Below, one piece after another: positions 18,915-29,318 of a stretch of DNA of 41,790 nt (positions within the stretch are counted from its first letter, which is position 1; each line of letters starts with the position of its first letter). Location: NCBI GenBank assembly GCA_046045965.1, contig JBJOKS010000036.1:1-41790 (forward strand). The letters run 5' to 3'. The notes below the pieces were generated by a model. That model made no database searches. It saw only the letters and a list, made by a program, of their open reading frames with translations, and was not told the origin of the DNA. A program made the translations under genes and the position numbers. The stretch comes from Cyanobacteriota bacterium. GTDB lineage: Bacteria > Cyanobacteriota > Cyanobacteriia > Cyanobacteriales > Nostocaceae.

Positions 18915-19732
18915 AAGAAAATCAGACATTAGCAGCGTTACAAGAATTAATTGATGTAGTGGCGAAGTTAAGATCCCCTGAAGGTGGTTGTCCTTGGGAC
19001 TTAGCACAAACGCCCGAAAGTCTTACTCCTTATATAATAGAGGAAGCTTATGAGGTAGTAGACGCGATTCAAACAGGTGATAAAAAGGCGATCGCTGAAG
19101 AATTAGGAGATTTATTATTACAAGTAGTTTTACAAGCACAAATTGCCAGTGAAATCGGTGATTTTACATTAAAAGAAATTGCAGAAGGTATTTCTCAAAA
19201 ATTGATTCGTCGTCATCCTCATGTTTTTGGTGATGTGACAGTGGAAAATGTGGACGAGGTGCGTCAAAACTGGGAAACTATCAAAGCCACAGAAAAAGGA
19301 GAAACCTTAGAAAATCAAAAATTGAGTAATAAATTAGATCGTTATCGTCGCAGTCTTCCACCTTTAAATGCAGCCATGAAAATATCTCAAAAAGCTGCTG
19401 CTGTGGGTTTTGAATGGAGTAATGTTGATGAAGTTTGGGATAAATTTCATGAAGAATTAGGAGAATTTCAACAAGCATTAGCTGAAGAAACACCAGAAAG
19501 ACAAGAATCAGAATTAGGCGATTTACTATTTGCAATTATTCAACTAGCCAGATGGCATAAACTTGATCCGAGTGCAGGTTTGCAAGGTACAAGTTTACGA
19601 TTTATTCAACGTTTACAAAAAATGGAAGATGTAATTGATCGTCCTCTAACTGATTATAGTTTAGAAGAATTGGATGCACTCTGGCAACAGGCGAAAGCTA
19701 AATTGAATACAGAAAAACGAAACATAGGGTAA
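18911..19732 (+). CDS. mazG: Nucleoside triphosphate pyrophosphohydrolase
   Basis: LRSPEGGCPWD, EEAYEVVDAI, EELGDLLLQV and KLIRRHPHVFG, plus a second MazG domain (ELGDLLF). ATGA overlap with the upstream gene. Confidence 0.95.
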   Translation: MKENQTLAALQELIDVVAKLRSPEGGCPWDLAQTPESLTPYIIEEAYEVVDAIQTGDKKAIAEELGDLLLQVVLQAQIASEIGDFTLKEIAEGISQKLIRRHPHVFGDVTVENVDEVRQNWETIKATEKGETLENQKLSNKLDRYRRSLPPLNAAMKISQKAAAVGFEWSNVDEVWDKFHEELGEFQQALAEETPERQESELGDLLFAIIQLARWHKLDPSAGLQGTSLRFIQRLQKMEDVIDRPLTDYSLEELDALWQQAKAKLNTEKRNIG

Positions 19733-20058
19733 AGATTTAGCGGACAAAATATTAGTCCGAGCGGACGAACTTTGTTTGTGTAGCCTTTTGCACTCATATC
19801 AATACTTACACCAGAGAATTTATATTTCGCTAGAGTAAAACTATAGGACTCCTATATCTATGTCAAATTAAGATACTGCCGAAAAGCGGGTAAACAGCGT
19901 TTTCCCACATCCTGTTTTCTGTCAGCAAGAATAATCATTATTTAACCGAAGCTGTATTCAGCTTAGTCTGCGAGAAAAACCTTAATCAAAAACTTTACCT
20001 CAATTTAATAAAAGAGGAATAAAAACATTAGATCCTGGACATTAATCGTGTGTATATT

Positions 20059-23000
20059 ATGAATTTTAAGCGATCGCCCAAAAAATATCCAGCTAAAGCA
20101 TCTAACACAACAAAATCCCCAGAACAACAGAGTAAAAACAAAGAATTATTTCCCATTGTCGGTATAGGCGCATCTGCGGGGGGACTAGAGGCATTTTCAG
20201 AATTATTGAGCCATTTACCCACAGATACGGGTATGGGATTTGTGCTGGTTCAACACATGAACCCCCAACAAAAAAGTATGTTAACAGAGATTCTTTCCCG
20301 CGTCACCCAAATGCCTGTAACTGAGGCACAGGAAGGAATGGCTGTAGAACCAAATCATATATATATAATTCCCCACAATGCCACCATGACCATTGCGGAA
20401 GGGATACTAAAACTCAAACCCCGTGAGAAAACCTATGGTATATCCATGACAGTGGATACTTTCTTTTTCTCCTTAGCAGAAGATTTGGGTAACAAAGCCA
20501 TTGGTGTTGTCCTCTCAGGAGGTGATGGAGATGGAACAAGAGGCTTAGAAAACATCAAAGCCGCAGGTGGTATTACCTTTGCTCAGTGTGAGGAATCAGC
20601 AATAGTTAGTAGTATGCCAAATACAGCGGTAGCTTCTGGTTATGTAGACTTTATCCTCACCCCTGAACAAATTGCTGAACAACTAGCAAACCTTAGCACT
20701 CATTCCTATATTCAGCAAGTAAAACCAGCCAAACCAACTGAAGTGATTCTCCCAGAAAAAACAGATGATCTGTTGCAGATTTTCAATTTGCTCAAAACAG
20801 CAACAGGTGTTGATTTTACCCATTACAAACCGAACACTCTCAAGCGGCGCATACAACGGCGAATGATGTTGTATAAACTGGATAAAATAGAAGATTACGT
20901 TCATTATCTCCAGAATAATCCAGCAGAAGTTACCGCTTTATATCAAGATGTTTTAATTACCGTTACCAGTTTTTTCCGAGATCCTGAAGCCTTTGAAGCC
21001 TTAAAAACGAAAGTATTTCCTGTTCTGATTAATCAGCGGCAAAGCCATGATCCTATCCGTATTTGGGTACCTGGATGTTCAACTGGTGAAGAAGCTTATT
21101 CTCTGGCAATTTGTTTACTGGAATTTTTAACAAACCAGGAACTTGATATACCCATCCAGATTTTTGCTACAGATATTAATGAGGTAGCCATAGAGAAAGC
21201 CAGAATTGCTATTTATAAACCTAACCATGTAGCAGAAATTTCTCCAGAACGATTAAAACATTTTTTTATTCAGCTAGAAGGTGGCTACCAAATTCGCAAA
21301 TCAGTCCGCGAACTATGTGTTTTTGCAAGACAAAATATTATCAGTGATCCGCCTTTTTCCCGAATAGATTTAATATCTTGTCGTAATGTTTTAATTTATT
21401 TGGGTGCTGCGGTTCAAAAAAGGGTGATTCCCGTCTTCCATTATGGTCTTAACCCTACAGGCTTTTTGATGTTAGGCACATCGGAAACAGTGGGGGAATC
21501 TACTGATTTATTTACTCTAGTAGATAAAAAGTACAAGATTTATAGCCGGAAAATTGGGACTAACAGATCGGCGCTTAAATTTAGAACTAATAATTATGCT
21601 GCGGAAACAGCAAAATATCAACTGTTAGGAGGTGAAACTTCTGGGAATGATGGGGAATTAAACAAAGAAGCTGACAGAATTATTTTAGAAAAAGTCGCGC
21701 CTGTAGGTGTGATTATTAACGAAGAGTTAGAGATTTTGCAATTTCGTGGTAACACTGGTAAGTATTTACAACCTGCACCTGGTAAACCCAGTTTTAACTT
21801 GTTGAAAATGGCCAGGGAAGAATTACGCCTAGAGTTAAGTAGTAGCATTAATCAGGCTCAAAAGCAAAAAATGCCAGTCCAAAAAGAGGGAATAAAAATT
21901 ATAGATGACAACCAAGTTAAACTGGTAAAAATTGATGTATTTCCCTTTCAAACATCTGGTAAAGAGGCAGAAAAACTTTGCTTAGTTTTATTTGAAGATA
22001 CATCTACTGTTGTTAATTCTATGTCGTCGGAAATTAGCAGTATTAAATCTGATCGTCAGCGGCAAAAAAACAGATATGATCAGGAAATTGCTACTCTGCA
22101 ACAGGAACTGAAATCGACTAAAGATTATTTGCAATCAATTATTGAGGAACAACAGGCGACTAATGAGGAGTTGAGAGCAGCTAATGAAGAAATTCTCTCC
22201 AGCAATGAAGAGTTACAAAGTACCAATGAAGAATTAGAAACAGCTAAGGAAGAAATTCAGGCGACTAATGAAGAACTGAATACTATAAATGATGAACTAC
22301 AACGGCGAAATGTTGAAATAAATCAGGTTAGTAATGATTTAGAAAATCTATTAAATAGTATCAATATTCCGATCCTGATGTTAAGTGGTAATTTAGAAAT
22401 TCGCCGCTTTACTCCGGTAGCAGGGAGCGTCTTTAATTTGATTCCTACAGATGTGGGAAGACCATTGAGTGATATTAAACATAAATTAAATATTCCCAAT
22501 TTAGAAGCACAAATTTTAGAGGTGATTAACACGCTGAATTTGAAAACTCAGGAAGTGCAAGATCAAGATGGTCATTGGTATGATTTACGCATTCGACCCT
22601 ATCGGACAATAGATAATAAAATTGATGGTGCTGTAGTAGTTTTGGTTGATATTGATATTCTCAAACGTAGTGCAGAACAATTGCGAGCATCCCGTGATTA
22701 TGCAGAAGCAATTGTGGATACTGTGCGGGAATCTTTAGTAGTATTAGATGTCAATTTACGGGTGGTTACTGCTAATCGGTTTTTCTATGAAACCTTTCTG
22801 ATGGTGCGAACAGAAACCGAAAATCACCTCATTTATGAAATTGGTAATGGAGACTGGAATATTCCCCAATTGCGATCGCTGTTAGCAGAAATTATCAACC
22901 AGCAAACCCACTTTCAAGATGTGGAAGTTGAGCATAATTTCCCGCAAGTTGGCCACAAAATTATGCGTTTTAATGCCCGAAGAATGCCACAAATAGATGA

Positions 23001-24249
23001 TAAATATCTGATTCTTCTAGCAATTGAAGACATTACCCAACAAAAGCAGTTAGAAGCAGAACGCAGTCAACTCCAAGCACAAGAACAATTAGCAAAAGCA
23101 GCGGAAGCAGCTAACCGCGCTAAGGATGAATTTTTATCTATTCTCTCCCATGAGTTGCGAAATCCTCTGAATTCTCTGCTGGGATGGGCTAAGTTGTTAC
23201 GTCAGAAGCAACTTGAAGAAACTAAGACTGATCAAGCATTAGAAGCCATTGAACGGGCTGCTAACGCTCAAAATATGCTAATAAGAGATTTGTTAGATAT
23301 TTCTCGCATTAGTTCTGGTAGACTGCATCTAGATAGACAACCTGTGCAGCTTGTGTCTGTAATTGAGTCGGCGATAGAGGTTGTACATCTAACCGCAGAT
23401 GGGAAAAATATTCCAATTCAATCAAGATTAGATCCTACACCGAGAACTGTGATCGGAGATCCAATTCGCTTACAGCAAATAATCTGGAATTTACTTTCTA
23501 ATTCCATTAAATTTACGCCTGCGGGTGGAAGAATTGATGTCACTCTCAATTACACTGATTCTCAAGCGGAAATTCAAGTTCAAGATACTGGGTTGGGTAT
23601 CAGTGCAGAATTTCTCCCTCATGTGTTTGAACAATTTCGTCAAGCTGATAGCAGTACAAGTAAATCAAGTTCAGGTTTAGGACTAGGACTGGCCATAGTG
23701 CGTCATTTGGTAGAACTCCACGGTGGGACAGTGGAAGTCAGCAGTTTAGGTGAGGGTAAAGGTGCAACTTTCACCATCAAGCTACCTCTGGAAACAACCC
23801 AGCTAGAAATTCCTTCGCCAACTTTCCCAACTTCCCCAACTTCTTACCCATCTTTAGCAGGTGTGCGGGTGCTAATTGTAGATGATGAACCTGATCTGCG
23901 TCAATTATTTGAAATCTTACTGGAAGATTTGGGAGTTCAAGTAACACAGGCCACGTCAGCACAAGAGGCGCTATCAATACTTAAAGCTCATCCTGGTGGC
24001 TATGATGTGCTTTTATCTGATATTGGTTTACCAGGTGAAGATGGTTATGCGTTAATTCGTCAAGTTAGGGCGCTGAGTACCGAAGAAGGAGGACAAATTC
24101 CCGCTGCTGCCATAAGTGGTTATACTGGAAATGCACAACAGGCCGAATCTCTAGCCGCAGGATTCCAATTGCATATTAAGAAACCCGTTGAACCGGATCA
24201 ATTGGTCAGCGTGGTTGCTGAGTTGGCGGGAAGGTCGGTAAATAGATGA
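20059..24249 (+). CDS. CheB-CheR-coiled coil-PAS-histidine kinase-receiver hybrid protein
   Basis: CheB: GIGASAGG, VQH, SGGDGDG. CheR: VTSFFRD, GCSTGEEAYS, SCRNVLIY. Then NEEL repeats, PAS, SHELRNP, HATPase, and REC (VDDE, LSDIGLP, KKP). Start ATG 20059 (GTG 20050 possible). Confidence 0.92.
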   Translation: MNFKRSPKKYPAKASNTTKSPEQQSKNKELFPIVGIGASAGGLEAFSELLSHLPTDTGMGFVLVQHMNPQQKSMLTEILSRVTQMPVTEAQEGMAVEPNHIYIIPHNATMTIAEGILKLKPREKTYGISMTVDTFFFSLAEDLGNKAIGVVLSGGDGDGTRGLENIKAAGGITFAQCEESAIVSSMPNTAVASGYVDFILTPEQIAEQLANLSTHSYIQQVKPAKPTEVILPEKTDDLLQIFNLLKTATGVDFTHYKPNTLKRRIQRRMMLYKLDKIEDYVHYLQNNPAEVTALYQDVLITVTSFFRDPEAFEALKTKVFPVLINQRQSHDPIRIWVPGCSTGEEAYSLAICLLEFLTNQELDIPIQIFATDINEVAIEKARIAIYKPNHVAEISPERLKHFFIQLEGGYQIRKSVRELCVFARQNIISDPPFSRIDLISCRNVLIYLGAAVQKRVIPVFHYGLNPTGFLMLGTSETVGESTDLFTLVDKKYKIYSRKIGTNRSALKFRTNNYAAETAKYQLLGGETSGNDGELNKEADRIILEKVAPVGVIINEELEILQFRGNTGKYLQPAPGKPSFNLLKMAREELRLELSSSINQAQKQKMPVQKEGIKIIDDNQVKLVKIDVFPFQTSGKEAEKLCLVLFEDTSTVVNSMSSEISSIKSDRQRQKNRYDQEIATLQQELKSTKDYLQSIIEEQQATNEELRAANEEILSSNEELQSTNEELETAKEEIQATNEELNTINDELQRRNVEINQVSNDLENLLNSINIPILMLSGNLEIRRFTPVAGSVFNLIPTDVGRPLSDIKHKLNIPNLEAQILEVINTLNLKTQEVQDQDGHWYDLRIRPYRTIDNKIDGAVVVLVDIDILKRSAEQLRASRDYAEAIVDTVRESLVVLDVNLRVVTANRFFYETFLMVRTETENHLIYEIGNGDWNIPQLRSLLAEIINQQTHFQDVEVEHNFPQVGHKIMRFNARRMPQIDDKYLILLAIEDITQQKQLEAERSQLQAQEQLAKAAEAANRAKDEFLSILSHELRNPLNSLLGWAKLLRQKQLEETKTDQALEAIERAANAQNMLIRDLLDISRISSGRLHLDRQPVQLVSVIESAIEVVHLTADGKNIPIQSRLDPTPRTVIGDPIRLQQIIWNLLSNSIKFTPAGGRIDVTLNYTDSQAEIQVQDTGLGISAEFLPHVFEQFRQADSSTSKSSSGLGLGLAIVRHLVELHGGTVEVSSLGEGKGATFTIKLPLETTQLEIPSPTFPTSPTSYPSLAGVRVLIVDDEPDLRQLFEILLEDLGVQVTQATSAQEALSILKAHPGGYDVLLSDIGLPGEDGYALIRQVRALSTEEGGQIPAAAISGYTGNAQQAESLAAGFQLHIKKPVEPDQLVSVVAELAGRSVNR

Positions 24250-24360
24250 CTGGGGACTGGGGACTCTTAAGAAAGCAGGGGGAGCAGGGGATGCAGGGGA
24301 TGCAGGGGATGCAGGGGAAGAAGATTTTTCCCAATTACCAATTACCTATTACCCATTACC
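24248..24360. repeat. Composite short tandem repeats (GACTGGG, GCAGGGGAT, ATTACCN) between convergent genes
   Basis: Seen directly in the sequence. Confidence 0.75.
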
Positions 24361-24370
24361 AAATCAAAAG

Positions 24371-25837
24371 TTACAATTTAATTGTTACAGTCTTAATTTC
24401 CGTGTATTGCTGTAAACCGTATTCACCCAGTTCTCTACCCATACCGGACTGTTTGAAACCGCCAAAGGGTGCAGCTGCATCAAAGACATCGTAACAGTTT
24501 ACCCACACCGTACCTGCACGGACATTGTTAGCGATCGCATGAGCTTTGGTGATATCCTGTGTCCATACCGCCGCTGCTAGGCCATACATGATATTATTTG
24601 CCCGTTGAATTACTTCTTCCACATCTTGAAATTTGATGATACTCATCACGGGACCAAAAATCTCTTCTTGGGCAATTTTCATCTCGTCGCGGACATCTGC
24701 AAACACTGTCGGGGTAATAAAATAACCTTTGTCTCCCACTCTGTCACCACCATAAAGCATTTGCGCCCCTTCCCGTTGACCTGCTTCAATATAACTCATG
24801 ACTTTGTTAAATTGTTCTTGGTCTACTTGGGGTCCTTGTTCGGTGTTGGGGTCAAAAGGATCGCCTACTGTACGCTGTTTAGCTGCTTCTACACTTCTAG
24901 CTACAAATTCGTCATAGCATTTTGCTTCTACAAATAACCGCGAACCAGCACAACAGCATTGTCCTTGGTTGAAGAATATGGCATCATGGGCGGCTTGAAT
25001 AGCTGCATCCATGTTGGCATCTGCAAAAACGATATTAGGACTTTTTCCACCTAATTCCAATGTTACCCGCTTGAGGTTGCTTTTTGCAGCAGCTTCCATA
25101 ATTAAATGGCCGACTTCCGTAGAACCGGTAAAGGCAACTTTGTCAATATCATGATGATATGCGATCGCAGATCCAGCAGTCGGACCATATCCTGATAAAA
25201 TATTTACCACACCAGCAGGAAACCCAGCTTCAATAATTAACTCACCCACCCGCAACGCAGATAAAGGAGTTTGTTCCGCAGTTTTCATCACCACAGTGTT
25301 ACCAGTAGCTAAAGCTGGTGCTAATTTCCAAGCTTGCATCAATAACGGGAAATTCCAAGGGATAATTTGACCAACTACTCCTACTGGTTCATGGCGAGTG
25401 TAACAGAAATAGGGACCATTAATAGGAATAGTTTTTCCTTGCACTTTATCAGCCCAACCTGCATAATAACGATAACAGGCAATAACTAACTCTATATCCC
25501 CTACAGAATCATGTAAAGGCTTACCATTATCTAGGGTTTCTAAACGTGCCAGTTCATCAATATTTTCCTCAATTAAATCTGCTAACCTGTAAAGTAAATT
25601 ACCCCTTTCCGTAGCAGATATTTTTCGCCATTCGCCATTAAAAGCATTTCTGGCTGCTTGTACTGCTTTATCTACATCCTCTGCATCTGCTTCTGCAACT
25701 TCACAAATTACCTCACCCGTAGCTGGGTTAATTGTAGCAAATCTGCGTCTACTAATACTTTCCACCCATTCATTATTGATTAGCAGTTGGGTAGGACCAA
25801 TTTTAACTTGTTGTGTTGGTCGGGTTGTTGTAACCAT
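24371..25837 (-). CDS. NAD-dependent aldehyde dehydrogenase (ALDH1/2-like)
   Basis: [30 protein letters not shown] (catalytic Cys), EEIFGP and PFGGFKQSG. Confidence 0.95.
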   Translation of the reverse strand: MVTTTRPTQQVKIGPTQLLINNEWVESISRRRFATINPATGEVICEVAEADAEDVDKAVQAARNAFNGEWRKISATERGNLLYRLADLIEENIDELARLETLDNGKPLHDSVGDIELVIACYRYYAGWADKVQGKTIPINGPYFCYTRHEPVGVVGQIIPWNFPLLMQAWKLAPALATGNTVVMKTAEQTPLSALRVGELIIEAGFPAGVVNILSGYGPTAGSAIAYHHDIDKVAFTGSTEVGHLIMEAAAKSNLKRVTLELGGKSPNIVFADANMDAAIQAAHDAIFFNQGQCCCAGSRLFVEAKCYDEFVARSVEAAKQRTVGDPFDPNTEQGPQVDQEQFNKVMSYIEAGQREGAQMLYGGDRVGDKGYFITPTVFADVRDEMKIAQEEIFGPVMSIIKFQDVEEVIQRANNIMYGLAAAVWTQDITKAHAIANNVRAGTVWVNCYDVFDAAAPFGGFKQSGMGRELGEYGLQQYTEIKTVTIKL

Positions 25838-25916
25838 TGGTACTTCCTAAAGGTTTCAAGGGTAATGTAATGCTTTTTTCTTTAAAGTTCATAAGCCTAA
25901 AGATAGAAATTAGGTA

Positions 25917-26076
25917 GGGAGCATCCCAAATGTGTAAGTTTATTTTTCTCTGAGCTTCTAACTTAAACAAGACATCAAATGAACGAACCACGAAGAAGCG
26001 AAGGTCACGAAGGTAAGAAGAAAGAAGAGGTTTTTCAGACACTTATTTTGCATTTTTACAAAATTGGGATGCTCCC
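25917..26076. mobile_element. 160-bp MITE with terminal inverted repeats and a near-perfect flanking direct repeat of about 10 bp
   Basis: gggagcatcccaaatgtgtaa ... ttacaaaattgggatgctccc; flanks gaaattaggta and gaaattagta. Confidence 0.75.
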
Positions 26077-26104
26077 GAAATTAGTATAGGATTAAGAGGA
26101 ATAT

Positions 26105-28735
26105 TTACTCCGGTAAACCTGTGACTTTTAACAAATCTAAACCTTGCTCAAAAATCTCATCAATGGGCAACATTTCCCCTTCAGTGGTCATAAATTTATG
26201 GTCTTTAGTTGCGCGAATGGTTGAACCATCATCTAAACAATATTCATACAATTCTTGTACTCCCCGATCATGCCATTGGGCAATGGTTTGAGTGTAAATA
26301 TGCCCATTTTTATCAACACTAAATATACTACACTCAATCTTTTTCTCGACAATTTCCCCAATGGGTAAAAAGCCATATTCTACAGTTAAAACTTCTGTTT
26401 CATAACTCAAACAATATTCGGCAAATTTCAACATATCCGCAAAAAGACTTTCGGCAACTTGGGGTTTTACACCGTTTTTTGCTGAACCATCTATAAAATT
26501 TTGCTTTTGTTTTTCCATCTCCGAAACTTTCTTTTTACCCATAGCGCGACGCAGTAAGTCAGCTTGTCCTAAAGAATAACCAGCCATATCCTGAGCAATT
26601 TTCATAATTTGCTCTTGATAGACCATAATTCCATAGGTTTCATTTAATATGGGTTGTAAAATTTGTGATTCATAGTCAATTGCTTCTCTGCCATGTTTGC
26701 GGTTAATAAACTTAGGAATTAAGCCCGCATCTAATGGTCCTGGTCGATAAAGTGCTAAAATAGAAGAAATATCTTCAATATTAGAAGGTTTCAAATCTCT
26801 AACTATTTGCTTCATTCCTGAAGATTCTAATTGAAATATACCTTCTAAATCACCTGATTCTAACAGAGAATAAGCTTGAGAAACATCTTTAGGTAAGGTG
26901 CTATGTTCTCCTTTAGCTAATATTTTTTGGGCTTTTCTTTCCTGACGAGTAATTTCATCAGGATCAACACGATAACCTTTACTTTGTTCAATTAAATCTA
27001 AAGTTTTTTGAATTAAGGTCAGGTTCCGTAACCCTAAAAAGTCCATTTTTAACAAACCCAAGGATTCCAAATCTTCCATGAAATACTGGGTAATTACAGA
27101 ACCATCATTATTACGTTGTAAGGGGACAATTTCATCTAATGGTTCTGCGGAAATAACTACACCTGCTGCATGAACACCAAAGGTTTTGTTAGTTCCTTCA
27201 ATTCGCATGGCCATATCTAACCAACGACGCACATTGGGATCATGATCATATTTTTCTTTAAATTCTGGTGCTGGGGTTTCATCAGAAACCATGACTTTGA
27301 GTTTAGTTGGTTTTCCCCGCACTACTGGAATTAATTTCGCCATTTTGTCAGCTTCCCCATAGGGAATATCTAATACTCTGGCTACATCTTTTAATACTGC
27401 TTTCGATGTTAAACGGTTAAAGGTGATAATTTGGGCAACTCTATCAGCACCATATTTATTAGTGACATATTCAATTACTTCATCCCGTTTTTCAATACAG
27501 AAATCTGTATCAATATCAGGCATTGATTTCCGTTCTGGGTTCAAAAATCGCTCGAATAGTAAGCCATGATGCACGGGATCAATATTGGTAATTCGCATGG
27601 CGTAAGCAACTAAAGAACCAGCAGCAGAACCCCGACCTGGACCGACAGGAATATTATGATCTCGTGCAAATTTGATGTAGTCCCACACTACTAAAAAGTA
27701 GGTGGAAAAACCCATTTGCTGAATCATTTTTAGTTCATATTCTAATCTTTCTTTATAGACGGGTTCTACTTCGTTGCGGGATTTGCGATTTAATCTTTCT
27801 AAAAGTCCTTGCCATGCAACTTCTTCTGCATAGGTGTCAGGAGTGTGACCAGAAGGAATATCAGGAGTCGGAATTTTTGGCTCATCCATGATATGGTAAG
27901 GCTCGACTTTATCCGCTACTTCAACTGTTGTCGCTATGGCTTCTTCTATAACATCATCGGCTAAATGATCCCGAAATAACAGTTTCATTTCTGCGGCAGA
28001 TTTGAGATATTCAGTGCCGCTATATCTCATTCTTTTATCTTCTGTAATTAGCTTGCCAGTTTGAATACAAAGCAAAGCGTCGTGTGCTTCTACATCAAAG
28101 CAAGAAATATAATGAGAGTCGTTAGTGGCAATAAATTTAATGCCTAATTCACGGGCAATTTTCACAATTTCGACATTCACAATTCTGTCTTCTTGTGAAC
28201 CGTGATCTTGAATTTCTAAATAAAAATCTTCACCAAATACTTCTTTATACCATTTGGCAATTTTTCTGGCTGCATCTGGTCTATTACTGAGAATTGCTTG
28301 GGGTATTTCTCCACCTAAACAAGCACTGGTGACAATTAAACCTTCTTTATATTGTTTGAGTAAATCTTTATTAATACAAGGACGGGAAAAAATTCCTTTA
28401 CCTTGTACACCTTGAAGATGAGAAATTGTAGTTAATTTAACTAAGTTTTTATAACCTTTGGTATTTTTAGCTAATACGACTTGATGATATTTAGGACGGC
28501 GTTCTTGTTTGTCAATATCGCCGTTAATGATATACATTTCGTTGCCAATAATAGGCTTAATAGTCTTACTACGGCAGATTTTAATTAATTCAACTGCGCC
28601 ATACATGACACCATGATCTGTGAGAGCGATCGCTTTCATTCCTAGTGCGATCGCTTGATCTACTAATTCTGGTAGCTGACTAGCACCATCTAGCAAACTA
28701 TAGTCGCTGTGAATATGCAAAGGTACAAAAGACAT
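26105..28735 (-). CDS. dnaE: DNA polymerase III alpha subunit, N-terminal half, fused to a split-intein N fragment (DnaE-N)
   Basis: PHP motif [19 protein letters not shown] and PDIDTDF. Ends with [19 protein letters not shown], the canonical cyanobacterial split DnaE junction. Confidence 0.97.
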   Translation of the reverse strand: MSFVPLHIHSDYSLLDGASQLPELVDQAIALGMKAIALTDHGVMYGAVELIKICRSKTIKPIIGNEMYIINGDIDKQERRPKYHQVVLAKNTKGYKNLVKLTTISHLQGVQGKGIFSRPCINKDLLKQYKEGLIVTSACLGGEIPQAILSNRPDAARKIAKWYKEVFGEDFYLEIQDHGSQEDRIVNVEIVKIARELGIKFIATNDSHYISCFDVEAHDALLCIQTGKLITEDKRMRYSGTEYLKSAAEMKLLFRDHLADDVIEEAIATTVEVADKVEPYHIMDEPKIPTPDIPSGHTPDTYAEEVAWQGLLERLNRKSRNEVEPVYKERLEYELKMIQQMGFSTYFLVVWDYIKFARDHNIPVGPGRGSAAGSLVAYAMRITNIDPVHHGLLFERFLNPERKSMPDIDTDFCIEKRDEVIEYVTNKYGADRVAQIITFNRLTSKAVLKDVARVLDIPYGEADKMAKLIPVVRGKPTKLKVMVSDETPAPEFKEKYDHDPNVRRWLDMAMRIEGTNKTFGVHAAGVVISAEPLDEIVPLQRNNDGSVITQYFMEDLESLGLLKMDFLGLRNLTLIQKTLDLIEQSKGYRVDPDEITRQERKAQKILAKGEHSTLPKDVSQAYSLLESGDLEGIFQLESSGMKQIVRDLKPSNIEDISSILALYRPGPLDAGLIPKFINRKHGREAIDYESQILQPILNETYGIMVYQEQIMKIAQDMAGYSLGQADLLRRAMGKKKVSEMEKQKQNFIDGSAKNGVKPQVAESLFADMLKFAEYCLSYETEVLTVEYGFLPIGEIVEKKIECSIFSVDKNGHIYTQTIAQWHDRGVQELYEYCLDDGSTIRATKDHKFMTTEGEMLPIDEIFEQGLDLLKVTGLPE
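26108..26413 (-). other. Split DnaE intein, N-terminal fragment (102 aa)
   Basis: Starts at Cys (TGT at 26413-26411); block B motif ATKDHKFMT; stop codon follows with no C-terminal intein part. Confidence 0.95.
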
Positions 28736-28895
28736 AAGCAATTAAAAATTAATAATTAAAATTAACAATTTACTATGCAGCTATTTCATGGCATCTACCA
28801 TGATAAACACAGGAAATCTTCTGCAAGCTCCTCACTACAGAGGAAAGCTAACATCTGAGTTTAACACAGGAATTTAGATTCTGTTGGACTGGATG

Positions 28896-28922
28896 AAAAA
28901 AGCCCCGTTTTGTAAACGAGGC
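28896..28922 (-). terminator. Rho-independent terminator after the 59-aa ORF
   Basis: Minus strand reads GCCTCGTTT-ACA-AAACGGGGC-TTTTTT. Confidence 0.75.
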
Positions 28923-28965
28923 ATAATTCAGTTATCAGTTATCGCTTTTTACTGTAACCTGTAAC

Positions 28966-29145
28966 CTAAGACTGTTGATGTCCTTTCGCGTCGGAATGTT
29001 TAGCCCAGCACCGTTCTAAAAGTTGAATCCGCCACAGTACCGCGAACTGACGAGGATTCAAAATCAATTTAGTATCAGGACTAAATAAGGGCTGGTTCAA
29101 ATAATGCCAAAGAGGAAATTTAATTTTTGTGTGTTTGGGAGCCAT
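28966..29145 (-). CDS. Small hypothetical protein, 59 aa (missing from the ORF track)
   Basis: MAPKHTKIKFPLWHYLNQPLFSPDTKLILNPRQFAVLWRIQLLERCWAKHSDAKGHQQS. Higher GC than its flanks and followed by its own terminator. Confidence 0.65.
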   Translation of the reverse strand: MAPKHTKIKFPLWHYLNQPLFSPDTKLILNPRQFAVLWRIQLLERCWAKHSDAKGHQQS

Positions 29146-29318
29146 AGGAGGAACAAAATATTATAAAATTGCTTCAGGAGTAGTTGGCATTTTATTTAAG
29201 AAAATATTTGATAAATAAATTTCCACTACCAATACCTTTATTATTCAAGAATAAACCAGTATTTTCCAAATGTCTTGGTGACAATTGCGGAAATTAAGAA
29301 AAGTTTACTTTGGCGCTT

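Noticed and set aside
19739..19790. agcggac direct repeat and agtccgagcggac...tttgtttgtgtagcc after mazG
   Set aside because: Probably a decayed dispersed repeat, but single-copy here and too degenerate to delimit.
26105..28735. dnaE looks truncated and could be called a pseudogene
   Set aside because: It ends in an intact split-intein N fragment, which is the normal cyanobacterial arrangement.
28826..28840. gctcctcactac resembling the Yfr1 sRNA motif ACTCCTCACAC
   Set aside because: The motif is not exact and lacks the two flanking hairpins.
28966..29060. GC-richer intergenic stretch first suspected to be a structured ncRNA
   Set aside because: Better explained as the 3' half of the 59-aa minus-strand ORF.
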